Positions 13,301 to 25,600 of a stretch of DNA of 64,000 bases are shown piece after piece (position 1 is the first letter of the stretch; each line of letters starts with the position of its first letter). Source of the stretch: Nymphaea colorata (lineage: Eukaryota). The notes under the pieces are model-generated. The model searched no databases, was not told the origin of the DNA, and was given only the letters and a program-made list of their open reading frames with translations. The position numbers and the translations under genes were made by a program. Location: assembly GCF_008831285.2 (NCBI RefSeq), contig NC_045138.2, positions 3,968,001 through 4,032,000 on the forward strand, read 5' to 3'.

Positions 13301-14019
13301 CGAAGAACTTCTATTCCATCAACATGTGAAACTGTGGATGAAAAAGATGTGTCTGAGGACGATGTGGGCATTGACAATGAGTAGAATGATGATAATCATG
13401 ATATTGATAAACAATGTTTTGTGATAAAAATCTTTTGTTTATTTTTTTTTCAATTTATAATCTTTTGAGAATATTATATTTGTCGTATCCGCGTATCTCG
13501 AAATTGTGAAACTTGCCATATCGGCACCCGTATCCGCAACCGTATTGTACCCGCACCCATGTGACATAGATAAATAGCAAGATGATGTTTCTTGTTTTCT
13601 GATATACTACAAAAGAACTACTCATCATGAAGCATGTATCTTTTGATTAGCCTATAAGTTGGAGCATGGCAAGGGAGGCACCTTGAGGCACGAAATGTAG
13701 ACCCTGTACCCTAAGGGGATAAGAGGTTGAGTGAGGGCTTCAACCTCTCTTGGTCGGCGGGTCATCCCGCTCACCCGAAGTGCATATCTTTTCATGTAGG
13801 TTCGCAATGAAAAATGCGGCCATATAACTTGCCAATTGCCACATGTTGGCAGATTCTGGTTAGCAAAACCTTTAAGCTTTTTACTGCCTTGAGGGGGAAA
13901 AATTAACTCCCACATGAAAAGCTGTATCCTAACAAGGTCTGTAACCATTTATTACTAAGACTAGGCACCCTTAGTTTTAGATAAAATATTTCAAGATTAC
14001 AGGTGTCATGTCCTTAATT

Positions 14020-14201
14020 TCACTGATCAGATGGGTCATAACCGCCACTGTTGTCAATAATCTCCGCATCTGAGCACTTGGGCATATACGGAGGTGGAGG
14101 CAACATGCTGTTCTCATTTGTAGGACCATTCTTCACAATAAATACCGTTGCCATCCCCCACGTAAAATGGCGTTCAAAGTGGCAATGCAGGAGCCAAACA
14201 C
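14020..14201 (-). pseudogene. laccase (multicopper oxidase) terminal exon, no upstream exons found
   Basis: GVWLLHCHFERHFTWGM carries the laccase HCHxxxH copper motif, followed by PPPPYMPKC. A pyrimidine tract and CAG acceptor precede it at the usual NPG|VW intron position. Confidence 0.85.
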
Positions 14202-14530
14202 CTGTACGTTGAGAAAAAATAGAAACAGTCAAGCGATAGATCACAAAAAGCCAATACTGGTTTTATGGTTAGTAATCGTTTTTATTATCAAATTCCGATT
14301 ACTTTTTTAGTTTGTGTAATTGGATAGAACATGCTCGATTTCGAGTCCCCCAAACAGATGCCGTTCCCTTTGCTTGCACACCAAACAGTCCCAAGGAGGC
14401 GGTTGGCTGTGCCTATGTAAGGTAACGGTACGAGTCAACGACTGCCTTGACCTGCCGGTGGCATCCACCGAGATTAGCTTAGGTCCACTTGGTGGTTCGA
14501 ACCACCGTTGGCGGGAATGAATTCTTCAAT

Positions 14531-14949
14531 CATAGTCACAGAAAACAGTCAAAAACGTTTTCTTTCGACAAAAATGTGAAAAAAATGCGATAAAATAACC
14601 AGCTGTTTAAAACTTTAAAGAAAACACACTTTCTTGAAAAAGGCATTAAAAACAAAAAAAAAAATCGCATTTTTTCAGCTTTTTCTTTTTTCATTTTGCT
14701 TAATGTCAAACAGTTTTTTTTTTCATTTTTCATTTTTTATTTGTTACAAATCTTATCTTTTGATGTTTATGTTATTAGTTTCTCACTTTTTTTTTCCAGT
14801 TTTAGTTTTTTTAAATTTTTAAAAATTTACCATATTTTTCTCGTATTTTTGTTGTCTTTTTTAAGCCCGAGAAAAATCTCACCGTTTAAAACTCCAAAAA
14901 TAAGAAAAATCTCACCGTTTAAAACTCCAAAAATTTATTTGTAACTATG
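14531..14949. mobile_element. AT-rich MITE
   Basis: Imperfect TIR CATAGTCAC...GTAACTATG flanked by direct repeat CTTCAAT. Internal 33-bp duplication at ~14870-14932. Confidence 0.7.
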
Positions 14950-15636
14950 CTTCAATGATCAAGCTTGAAGGTGACTCACGCTCGTCATCAATCCAGCTTT
15001 TCATCTATCCTATCCCGCCCATACCCAGCACCGACCCTTTAATTCCCTGCAAACCATACCTAATTTGGATCTGGATCTAGATCAAAATCTTAGAATGGAT
15101 CTAGACTAATACATTTGGATTTGGATCTATAATTTGGATATAAAATTCAGATTTGGATCTGAATGTTAGATTTAGATCTGGGCTGAGATGGAAACATGGA
15201 ATGGGATCTAAATTTGGGACCAAGGGTTTGAATTCAGACAAAAAAAATGAGAATTGCATTGTCAAAGAAGGAAATAATAGACTCATAAAAAAATTCAGAA
15301 TTATGATTCCACTTTGGAAGTGGAATTATAATTTTAGAATTTTAGAATTTTTTCTGGAAACATGTCATGGAGGCTTTAATTCTCTAATTCAAGAAATTTT
15401 TGATTCCTATTAAATCAAGCATGTCATAGGGTTAGGCATGGCCCAATCTAGTAAGAAGCGCCTGCGCCAAGCAATTGAATAATGACGATGCGGTCGAGTG
15501 CAATGCATCCGACTGGTAGGTGCATGGTCTAGAATGGTTTCATGATGAATGCCACTAGAATATGGGCCACCTGATGTTAACTTGGAACTCTCGGCTGGTA
15601 AAAATGCATTGAAAGGGACAACAGTGAAGTAACGTC

Positions 15637-15800
15637 TCTTGTTCGAATCTGTGGAGTGTCATGTCCCAACGCACGCTACTCCTGGTCCAACGCAGCTCTG
15701 TGAAAACCGTGGGGGGCGGGCACAGAGGGGGGACCGAAGGCCTCTCTTAAGAGTGGTGGCAATGAACGGCTCACCCCTAAATAATAATAATAATAAAAAA
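15637..15800 (+). mobile_element. 5'-truncated tRNA-derived SINE
   Basis: B-box GTTCGAATC at 15641-15649, GC-rich body, (AAT)n/poly-A tail, perfect 10-bp TSD AAGTAACGTC (15627-15636 and 15801-15810). Confidence 0.8.
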
Positions 15801-18800
15801 AAGTAACGTCAACGATGGACCATGCATGAACTCTTTTATGGTGAAATGCACCAAAAAAAACAGCTGGAGAACGTGGCTCTATGATTTCATGCTGAAGTTC
15901 GTGGGATATGTTGGAATCGAGGGTGACAGTACCACTGCAAGACGTGTAGACTTCTTTATTGCACTTTTATCAGATTTTATATATAAAGAAAAAATCAATG
16001 ATGTCATACCCCGGCTAGTCGCCACATGTCAGTGAATGGACCATATAAACAAGTGTCAAACACGCGCGCGCACACAAGAAAAAGTGGTAGGTACCAAGTC
16101 CTTACGAGTCGTAAGGAATTACGTTGCATGTTGGTCTCTATTAATATTCAACGGTGATGATCATTTATGCGTTGGCTTTAAAGATATATATTTATTGGTG
16201 GATCTTCCATTTCCATTTGAAAAATGCGTTAACAAAGATCCCAAACACGAACTCGCTTATAAGTCCACGAGCAACGAGTGGAGCCACAACATTTCGGGTG
16301 AAGCGCATTAGTTATAAAATTTTAAATTTTTAAGGAATACTAATATATGAATATGAACAACTTTTACGTCTGTGTGGGCCATTGCCAACACAATGCCCAC
16401 ACCTACTTCCACCCATGTCATGAACCATGCCAAAATTACTCATGTGAATCTTTCTAGTGCGGCCTTGTCGGTATTGCATTATTGCCTCTTCAAAAATCAT
16501 ATGCAAGTTCTGTCTCCCTCCTTCCCAAAACCTTCCTTGGCTGATCTTTTGACAAGGAATAGAGGGCTCGCCATGCTCCTTAGCATCCTACGAAGCGACA
16601 AGCAAAGAAGGAGAAGAACACATACCCGAGGAGCGCGATATCGCCAGAATCGACTGCCGACGATCCCCAAAGTAGTATTATATGCCAAAAACAACTCTAC
16701 CGTGTATAACGGGAATAAAACACGTTTTTTTTAAAAACGTTTTTATCATTTTTTATTTTTTATAATTTTTAAGATGTATTAAATGTTTAAAATATTTTAA
16801 AATTTTGTCGAATTATTCCCAAAATATATAACTTTGTCGTATTATACCCATCGTTTTCTTTGCCGTTTAATACCCATACATGTTTTTTTGTGACAGTACC
16901 CCAAACAAAGGATGATGGAAACCACTTTCAAAGAAATTTTTGGAGTGAAGGAAAGAGAAATCAATTCGGAAAGGAAATCCACAGGATTTTGGAGCGGGGG
17001 AGGGGTGTTTATATTAAAAGGTCATCTACACCTGTGATTGGACAAACAGTCTACCAGCGAAAACGTTCACCGATGTAGATCTGACTACAGTGGTGATCAA
17101 CTTCACCGTTACGTTCTAATTCAATGGTATAGACTACTACTATACCTTCCTGCCGATTGGTTTACAATTTTAAAAAACTATACCGGTGGATATGGATCAC
17201 AGTTGTAGGTCATGCCTTCCAATTTTTTGTTCAGGATGATCCTGGTAAAAATTCACTTATACCGGTGAACAGTGATCACCAGTGTAGTTCCCTGTCTATG
17301 CTAGTGAAAATAATCACCGATACAGCCTTGTTTTTTTCTTTTTTTTTTCCTACTGTGAGGTAGATTTTGTCTTCTTAAATCAATTATCTTCCAAGTAGTT
17401 GACTACTAAATTTTGGCATTAATTATTTCCACCAGAATTCTTTAATCCACCGGGAGAACTTTCAACGGAATGACTGGCTGAGAATTAAAAAGACCCCACT
17501 ATATAGCCCACATAGGTCATTTCAAGGAGGTGGTGGTATCTACTCCCTCTCTGAGATAAACAAAGTTGTTATGCTTCAGCTCATGGTGTCCTTACCAGTC
17601 TTGCGGGATCTCTAGGTCAAAATTAACAGAAGCAAAAACCACCATTCTTGGCTTTGTAAGAATATAGTGAAGTATTGAGATGATATCAAAGAAAACAAGT
17701 AAAAAGAAGTCTTTCTAAAAGATGACAGATTCAGTTTTGCTTAGACAAATGGAATGCCACTATTCCAATAAAACTAGTGCATGTTCAGGATCATGGGGAA
17801 GTTCTATCCATAGCGTTGGTTGGGTGTCTTCCGCTGGAAACATTTTAGCTGTGGATTAGAAAGAAAACAAGAGGGAGAGGTGGAACTCTGCTTTGATCTT
17901 AATCTTAATACCATGGCCGCTTGATAGAAGTTTCAAGTATTATATTCATATTCCATTATAGAGTCGTATGTAACAAAAAATAGAAGCTATTATCAATAGA
18001 GGAGTGATTGAAGTCAGGCTGAAGTGTTACCTTACCTTGAAGATCATGTTTTCTTGAAATGAAAATTCTCCCCCACATATATTGATGGAAGAAACAGCGT
18101 CACTTAGATAAATACTGATGGCATTGACACGCCGTTTGTAAAAGTTGTATATTTATATGTGCTCAAGATAACTCAGTAAACAATGGGTTGTCTTACGTCG
18201 ACTAAGGGAAGACCCACTATTAATGACAGCGGATGCGAACGTTGGTGATTCAATAAGCACTGATGGTTCTCCTTGAACGTTAGTGATAATCATTTCAATA
18301 CTGACGGTTCCCATAATAGCTGGTAAATATCTAGTCTTTACATATGCCTATGGACATTGACACTCTTTATTGTCACCGTTGTCATGCGTTGGTAAAGGCA
18401 GGTCTTCATTGTCACTGTCGGTATCTCTCGTCAATCGACTTTTACTGATGGGTTTCCTTCTATCCGTCAGTAAAACGTGGGCTTTTTTGTTTTTCACACG
18501 ATTAAATATCTGCTCCATATTTGCAACATATATTTGGATTTAGGCAAGCAGCTTAAAGTATAATAGTATCATTTCAAAAAGAGAAAGATTTGAAAGAGAA
18601 AGATTTAAAGAGAGAGACTAAAACAAGAAAAAAAAAAAAAAAAAAAAAGAGAAATCAGAGCGAGAACAGAAGATAACGAAAGAAGTAAAAGAGAACGAGA
18701 TGTTGAAATGGGAAAAGGAGAGGCTAAGATGAGAGAGGAAAGAGAGAGAGGGAAGTCAAGAAGAGAGAGAGAGAAGGCCGGCAAAGAATATGTAGGAGAG

Positions 18801-19513
18801 AGGAAGAGAGAGTGAAGGCAGGCAAAGAACAATGTTGCACACACATTCAGTCTACAGTACAGTATATATACATATATATAGGGAGAGAGAGAGAAGACCC
18901 GCAAAGAACAATGTTGCACACACATTCAGTCTACAGTACAGTCTTACCTCCTGTATTCTGATTCACAATATATATATATATATATATATATATTAATGAC
19001 ATAAAGTGTTGGGTATAAGGGATTGGACTTATTTTGATCTCAATTATTAGCTTGGTTTACCTACCAAGTTATCTTAAGATAGAAGAGAGAAATGAGAGAT
19101 TTTAATAGACAAATAGAAGAGAGAGATATAGTCTAATGAAAGAGAGGGAAAAAGAGACTATAAGAGAAGGACAAATTGAAGAGTAAGAGATGAATAAAAG
19201 AGAGGCAAAATGATTTTTCGAGAGAAAGAGAAAGAGAAAAAAAAAATTAAAGGAGAGAGATAAATTGAAGAAAATAGAAAGAGATATTTTAAGAGAGAAA
19301 TTGAAAAGAGATCCACCTGAATAAAAAAAAAAAGAGTGGAGATCACCTGCAGGTTGTTTTGGGGATTCTCATTTGAATAAGTATGCTTCATAGGGATCAT
19401 GCATCCAAACTTGAGAAAGGAGAAGTCTTGGTGATGTAGAAGATTAGGGTTGGGGGATTTTTCCAGGCCTGTAGAGCACATGTGCTCACCACAGTCCAAA
19501 TTAGCAGTGGGCT

Positions 19514-19941
19514 TAGGGATGTCAATATATCCAATTTGAATCGGATATCCGACCGATCCGATCCGAAAAAAACGGATATGGATAAAAATTTAATATCTGA
19601 TTGAAAAATCGGATCGGATTCGGATTTAATAAATGACATCCGATTGGATTCGGATTCGAATTCGGATATACATGAATATCGGATCGGATTCAGTTTTAGA
19701 AAAATATCCTCTATCTAATACTTGAAAAATGGCAAAATTCGGTTCAAAATTCGGATTCGGATTCAGATATAAAGATAAAAATCGGATTCGGATTGTAAAA
19801 TCGGATTTCGGATTCGGATTCGGATATGACTTTGCTTTGTTCGAATTCGAATTCGAATCCGAATCCGAATATATGACTATCCGAAAAAACGGATATGGTT
19901 GAAGATGTATCCGATCCGAATCCGATCCGTTGACATCCCTA
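19514..19941. mobile_element. hAT-type MITE
   Basis: 12-bp TIR TAGGGATGTCAA/TTGACATCCCTA; 8-bp TSD AGTGGGCT/AGTAGGCT (7/8 match); interior of TCGGAT/ATCCGA repeats. Confidence 0.92.
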
Positions 19942-20099
19942 AGTAGGCTGGTTAAACTTTGATGCCAACCAATGGGTCTAGTCTTTCTTATAAAATTAGC
20001 AACTAGAAAGCAAAGAAAGGTGAGAGAGAGAGAGAGGGCCAAGAAAGATGAACCTTATTCACAATAAAAATTATATCACAGATCAACCTTATCTATAAT

Positions 20100-20760
20100 A
20101 TTAAAAGAGAGAGATCAATCAGAGGGGGAGAAAGTGGGAGAGCGAATGAGAGGTAGCGGTTGGCAAATCGAGGATAGATAGAGAGAGATTAATAATATAG
20201 AGAGGAATTTTAGGGAGAGAAATTAAAGAGAGATTAATAAAAGAAAGAGAAAATCAGTCTCGAGAGAAATTGCAGAGAGTGAGATGGAAGAGATAGAAAA
20301 AGAGATTGTAAAAAAGATATGAAAGAGAGGGGGGGAGAGAGAGAGAGAGACTGATAAAGAGAGAGACTGAGGGATTTTAAGAGACAAATAGAAGAGAGAG
20401 AGAGATTGATAAAGAGAGACTGAGGGATTTTAGGAGACACATAGAAGAGAGAGAGATTGATAAAGAGAGAGAATGAGAGACTTTAAGAGACAAATAGAAG
20501 AGAGAGAGAGATTAATGAAAGAAAAATAAAGAAATTTTAAGAGAGAAAATTGAAGAGAGACAGCGAGAGTGAAAGTGATACAGAAATGAAATAAATTCAA
20601 GAGAGACGAATAAAAGAGAGAGACAGTGATTTTCAGGCGAAAGAGAGAGACATTTAAAGGTGAGAAATAAATCGAGGAGAAATAGGAAGAGAGATTTTAG
20701 GAGAAAGATTGAAAGAGGTGAGAGAGACAGGGAGAATTCATAAAAGAGAGAAAAAAATAG
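20100..20760. repeat. GA-rich low-complexity tract with a ~50-bp tandem unit (~20350-20515)
   Basis: GATAAAGAGAGAGACTGAGGGATTTTAAGAGACAAATAGAAGAGAGAG repeated about 3 times; related GA-rich tract at 18580-19330. Confidence 0.8.
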
Positions 20761-22690
20761 GTTTGTGCACATTGCCTATGTAAGCAGATTCTCATTCCCT
20801 ACTTTAGAAAGATTGAAGTGCAGTGGTTTTTCTTGTGCTAACAGGTTCTTAATGTATAAATGACAAGAGGAAAGTGCATATCACTTTTTTTGGTTTCTTG
20901 CACTCTAGCAGTAATGATGTTGACAATGGTCGCTAGGAAGTTCAAGGAGAGGAGAATTCTCACGGAGACTTGGCTACTGAATTGAAGGCCTGGTTCTACA
21001 ACAGTGTTAAACGAGTCAAATTACTTTCCACACTGTTATTTGGTGCCTATGGACTTTCAGGAAATATGTTCATGTTTGGTAAAACTAAAAGGAGCACTTC
21101 TGCTGAAGCTGAGATGATTTGGACAAAAGGCTCAGAATAATCTGTGCTTGCTGAGGAATAAAGAAACATTTTTTATTTGCATAAGATGTGGTTGAAACTG
21201 GGTGTTTTTGTAGGGGATTGGCTAGTAGCAAAACCATTGTCACAAAAAACGTGTATGTGTATTATATGGCAAGAAATATTTCTCAGGTATAATACAGCAA
21301 AGTTTTTTGTGAATTTTTATGTGACGTAGAAGATTGGAATGAGCAATTTTTCCGATTTATTTAACAGCAATCATATATCTTGCCAGCCTGTGATAACATG
21401 GGCTCACCGCAGTCCAAATTAAACAATGGGCACGTTAAACTAGAAATTAAAGAAAGTGGCAGACCAATAATTTGTACTCACAACCATAATATACTGTTCT
21501 TACATAAAAGTGAGGTCATGAAATTGCAAAGGTACTATACTATTTGAAAGGTGTTATAATATACTTGATGGAGTGACAAATCCATGGAGCAATCTACTAT
21601 TTATGGCTGTTCGCCACTGCTGCCACTGTGGTAACCCAGATTCCAGTAGGATTTTTGAAAATTTTCTTTCACATTTGAACTCCAAAGGTACAACATTATA
21701 GGTATGGAAAAAAAAGAAGTAGAGAGTGACTGGATGCATGAAAATTTAAAACTAGCAGTTTTAATTGTTCTAAGTTTACCAAAAAAAATGTGGGTCATTA
21801 AATTCAATTCATGTCCAATAATTGTCATATATATATACATATATATATATTATATACTCAAGAAAAATCTCAATGACATTAGACATGGGGTAAAATGGTT
21901 TCAGACTTATTTTGATCTCAATTATTAGCTTGCTTCACCTACCAAATTGTTTTAAACATAATATGTGAATGGCTATATTTAAAGAAAAAATGTTTTGTAC
22001 GTTGGATTTAGACACAAGTAATTGTTGCTTTGGTTCAACCATCGGTAGCCAAATGTTTTTGCTAACTTTATAATAATCTTTCTCTCTCTCGCTACGTGCA
22101 CTCATGTGACTTTATGCCAATCTTAACATTATGACAAAGGTTGGATCTGGTTTAATGGATTCAATATGTACTTTTACGACCGAGCCCAAATTTGACTCTA
22201 AAGTTCAGCAACTTGTTCGCAGGAGCTATTTGGTGATAATATCAAAATAAATGTGAGTTGAAGATTGAATATGCATATTAGTTTACGAAATCAGGTAAAC
22301 AAGAGCATTAACACGAAATCTGACGAACCTGAAAAGAGGAACTCTAAGGAGATGTAGAAGGCTTCGGTTGGGGATTCTTTCCATCAGATTTATTTAGCTG
22401 CTATTAAATTAAATAATTAAACTTCTTCTTTAGCACAATTTAGTAAAGAAAAATGTGATTTGAGTATTTCCCTATGTCATATTATTATAAACATAGGCCT
22501 GGATGAGTTTTTATATTAAAGCCACTTGGTGCCATATTGCATCTACTCTCTACCACTGGCAAGTCAATCATGTGGTGGAGCTAATTGTCAGCAGCATAGT
22601 CTTTATATTTAGCTCTTTGCCTTTCTTCCTCGACACTTGAGAATTGCTTCCCTTCCTCTTGCTCTTCTACCTGTTGAGAGACTAGGGAAA

Positions 22691-25600
22691 ATGGCAATAG
22701 TAATCGACACACTTGCAGAAACAGCTATTTCGAGTCTGTTGGGGGCTGTAACCAGTTTGATGAAAGAAAAGATGGACCTCATCTTGAATGCTAAAGACGA
22801 ACTCAAGTATCTCCAAAGGAAGCTGGAACACTTGCAGAAGGCCCTCAAAGATGCAGATTGCAAGCCCTTTTTTAGCAATGAGCGCAACAGGGATCTGGAG
22901 GGAAAGCTGAAGGACATTGTTTATGATGCCCAGGACATCATCGAAGAATACCAAACCATAATAGATCTCAGCAAAAGGCAGAGGGGTTCTGTATCTTCGT
23001 GGAACAAGGTAAGAAAACCATGGATCACTCTTTGCTCTTGCTTTAAGGAACATGTATCTGCTTCCTACCAACTTGGAAATGAAATTAAAAACATCAATCA
23101 AAGGCTTGATGACATAGAAAAAGATAGTAAAATGGTGGATTTGCTCAACACAACACCGCAAGAGAGTAGGGGTGAGGGCTCTATTGGTGGTAAACATGAC
23201 AATCCTCGAGAGACAACCCATCATATAGGTACTGCACAACCACTCATAGGCAGGGCAGACGATAAGGAGAAAGTGAAAGCACTCTTGTTTGATGGCTCTA
23301 TGGAGAGTAGCGTGCTAGGAAAACATGGTGTTTCTATTGTATCCATTGTAGGCCAAGGCGGAGTAGGGAAAACTACTCTTGCAAAAATGGTCTTTAAGGA
23401 AGTAGAAGAACAATTTGGGAAACACAGGTGGTGGGTTTATGTTTCAGAGAAGCCAAACCGTACATGTTTGCTGCAAAAAATACTAAAGGAAGTATGCAAG
23501 ATGTCGGAAAGAGAAGTTGAGGGTATTACTTCCTTGAGTGAGTTGTGCACACAATTACAGAGTGAACTCTCAAACAGCAAGTTTTTTTTGGTCTTAGATG
23601 ATGTATGGGAATTAGGTTGGTGGGAGGGAGAGGTAGAGAACACCTTGAGGGGAGGTGCAAAGGAGAGCAAAATTTTGATCACCAGTAGAAAGGTAGAAGT
23701 CTCTCAAGGGATTGGTGCTAAAATGCATAAATTGCCAGAAATGACTTTCGATGAAAGTTGGAGATTGTTTCTGGATGTGTCATTGAAAGAAGAAAATGAG
23801 TTGGTAAGTCGCAATTTGAAAGGTATTGGGCAGAGGATAGTGGGCAAGTGTGGTGGTTTGCCGCTTGTTGTCCGGACCGTAGGGTCCTTAATGCGTACAA
23901 AAACAATGACGAAAGATGACTGGAAAAGCGTTGAGAAAAGCGAGATATGGGAATGGAAGATGCCCGCCTCATCGTCATCCTCTGAAATATGTGGTCGCAT
24001 TCTTCCTGGTCTCATGTTGAGTTACGATGACTTGCCATATTATTTGAAGAATTGTTTTGTATATTGCTGTATTTATCCAAAGGATTGTGAGATAAAAAGA
24101 GATAGATTGGTCATGCAATGGATGGCACACGGATTGATTGATCAAAAGAAAGGCATTGATGTGGAAGTGACAGCAAATCAATGTATTGATGATTTGATAA
24201 ATAAGTGCATGATTGAAGAAACTGAAGAAGGGGATGTAAAAATGCATGACATTTTGCATGACCTTGCCTCCTATATAGGTGGAAATGAATATAGTCATGC
24301 CTCTCCTACTGCACACACCCGCCATTTGTCAATATTTGCTGTAGACAATGTAGAAGCAACCATGCGTAATGCTTCAGCGGTAGCAAATAAGTCACGGACA
24401 TTGTTGAGTGGATCCTTGCCTATGGTACAGTTCACCAATTTCAAGTGGATGAGGGTGTTGTCATTGATGAAATGTCATATACATGAACTACCAAACTCCA
24501 TTGAAAACCTGTCACTTCTAAAATATCTTGATCTAAGCTTTTCTGGTGTGAGACAGTTGCCCAATTCAATCGGTAAACTCTGGAACCTGCAAACATTGAA
24601 TTTAAACCATAGTGAAATTGAAGAGCTGCCCAATGAAATGGGAGAACTCTCCAACTTGAGGTATCTTGGGCTTGAACATACAACACGTTTGAATTTTATA
24701 GCCGAAGGCTTGGGGAAGCTTACCAATTTACGGACCTTAAAAAGGTTTCTTGTATGTGATGACAAAGGGGACATAAGAGGATGCAATATTAGGGAACTGA
24801 AAGACTTGAATAAACTAAAGGGACATTTGTCAGTAGAAGGTTTGGACGGGGGAAGGGTGAAAGTAATTGATGCAAAGGACGCACATCTTAAGGAGAAGCA
24901 CGAGCTAACTGGTGTGGAATTAGACTTCAAGGTGGGAAAAAATGACGTAGTGGGCAGTGCTTCAGAACAGAAGTGTTTGCTGGAGGCTTTGGAACCTCCA
25001 CATGGCATAGAGAGCTTGGCAATTTGTGATTATAAAGGTGAAAGGCCTATGTGGTATTTGGACACCAACTATGTGGAGCTGCAGACATTACGGCTGCAAT
25101 GTTGCCCATTGTGGGCAACAGTGATAGGAATTAAATCACTGGAAAAGTTGGAGGTCAACACCTGCCCTACACTGTGCGAATTGCCGAGCATGCCCATGCT
25201 AAAGTCCTTGAAAATTCGGAGCTGTGATGGACTCAACACAATCGGTGACTTGCCCAACTTGGACTGGTTGCAGGTGGAAGGATGTGGCAGCCTAGAACAA
25301 TTATCTCATGGCATGCCTGCTCTCAAGTGGTTGGATGTGTATGGATGTTATAAGTTGAAGACTCTCGCTAACATGCCTGCCTTGGAGTGGTTGGAGGTGA
25401 GATATTGTGAGAGGTTAGAGCAAGTAGCTGATGTTCGCATGCCAGATTTAAAGAGGCTGTGGTTGTCTAATCTGAACACTCTGAAGCAGCTCCCTGCTCA
25501 CCTTCCTTCACTCGAGGATCTGAGAGCATGGGATTTGCTCAACTGGGAAGGATGGCCAGCAGCTGGATCAAAGGAATTAGCAACAGAAACTTTTATGCCA

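Noticed and set aside
19626..20042. 138-aa ORF with NPNP/DSDS repeats
   Set aside because: Translation of MITE hexamer repeats.
22637..22690. TTG start given in the ORF track for the NLR
   Set aside because: Eukaryotic gene; the first ATG at 22691 is in good context and conserved in the paralogue at 34160.
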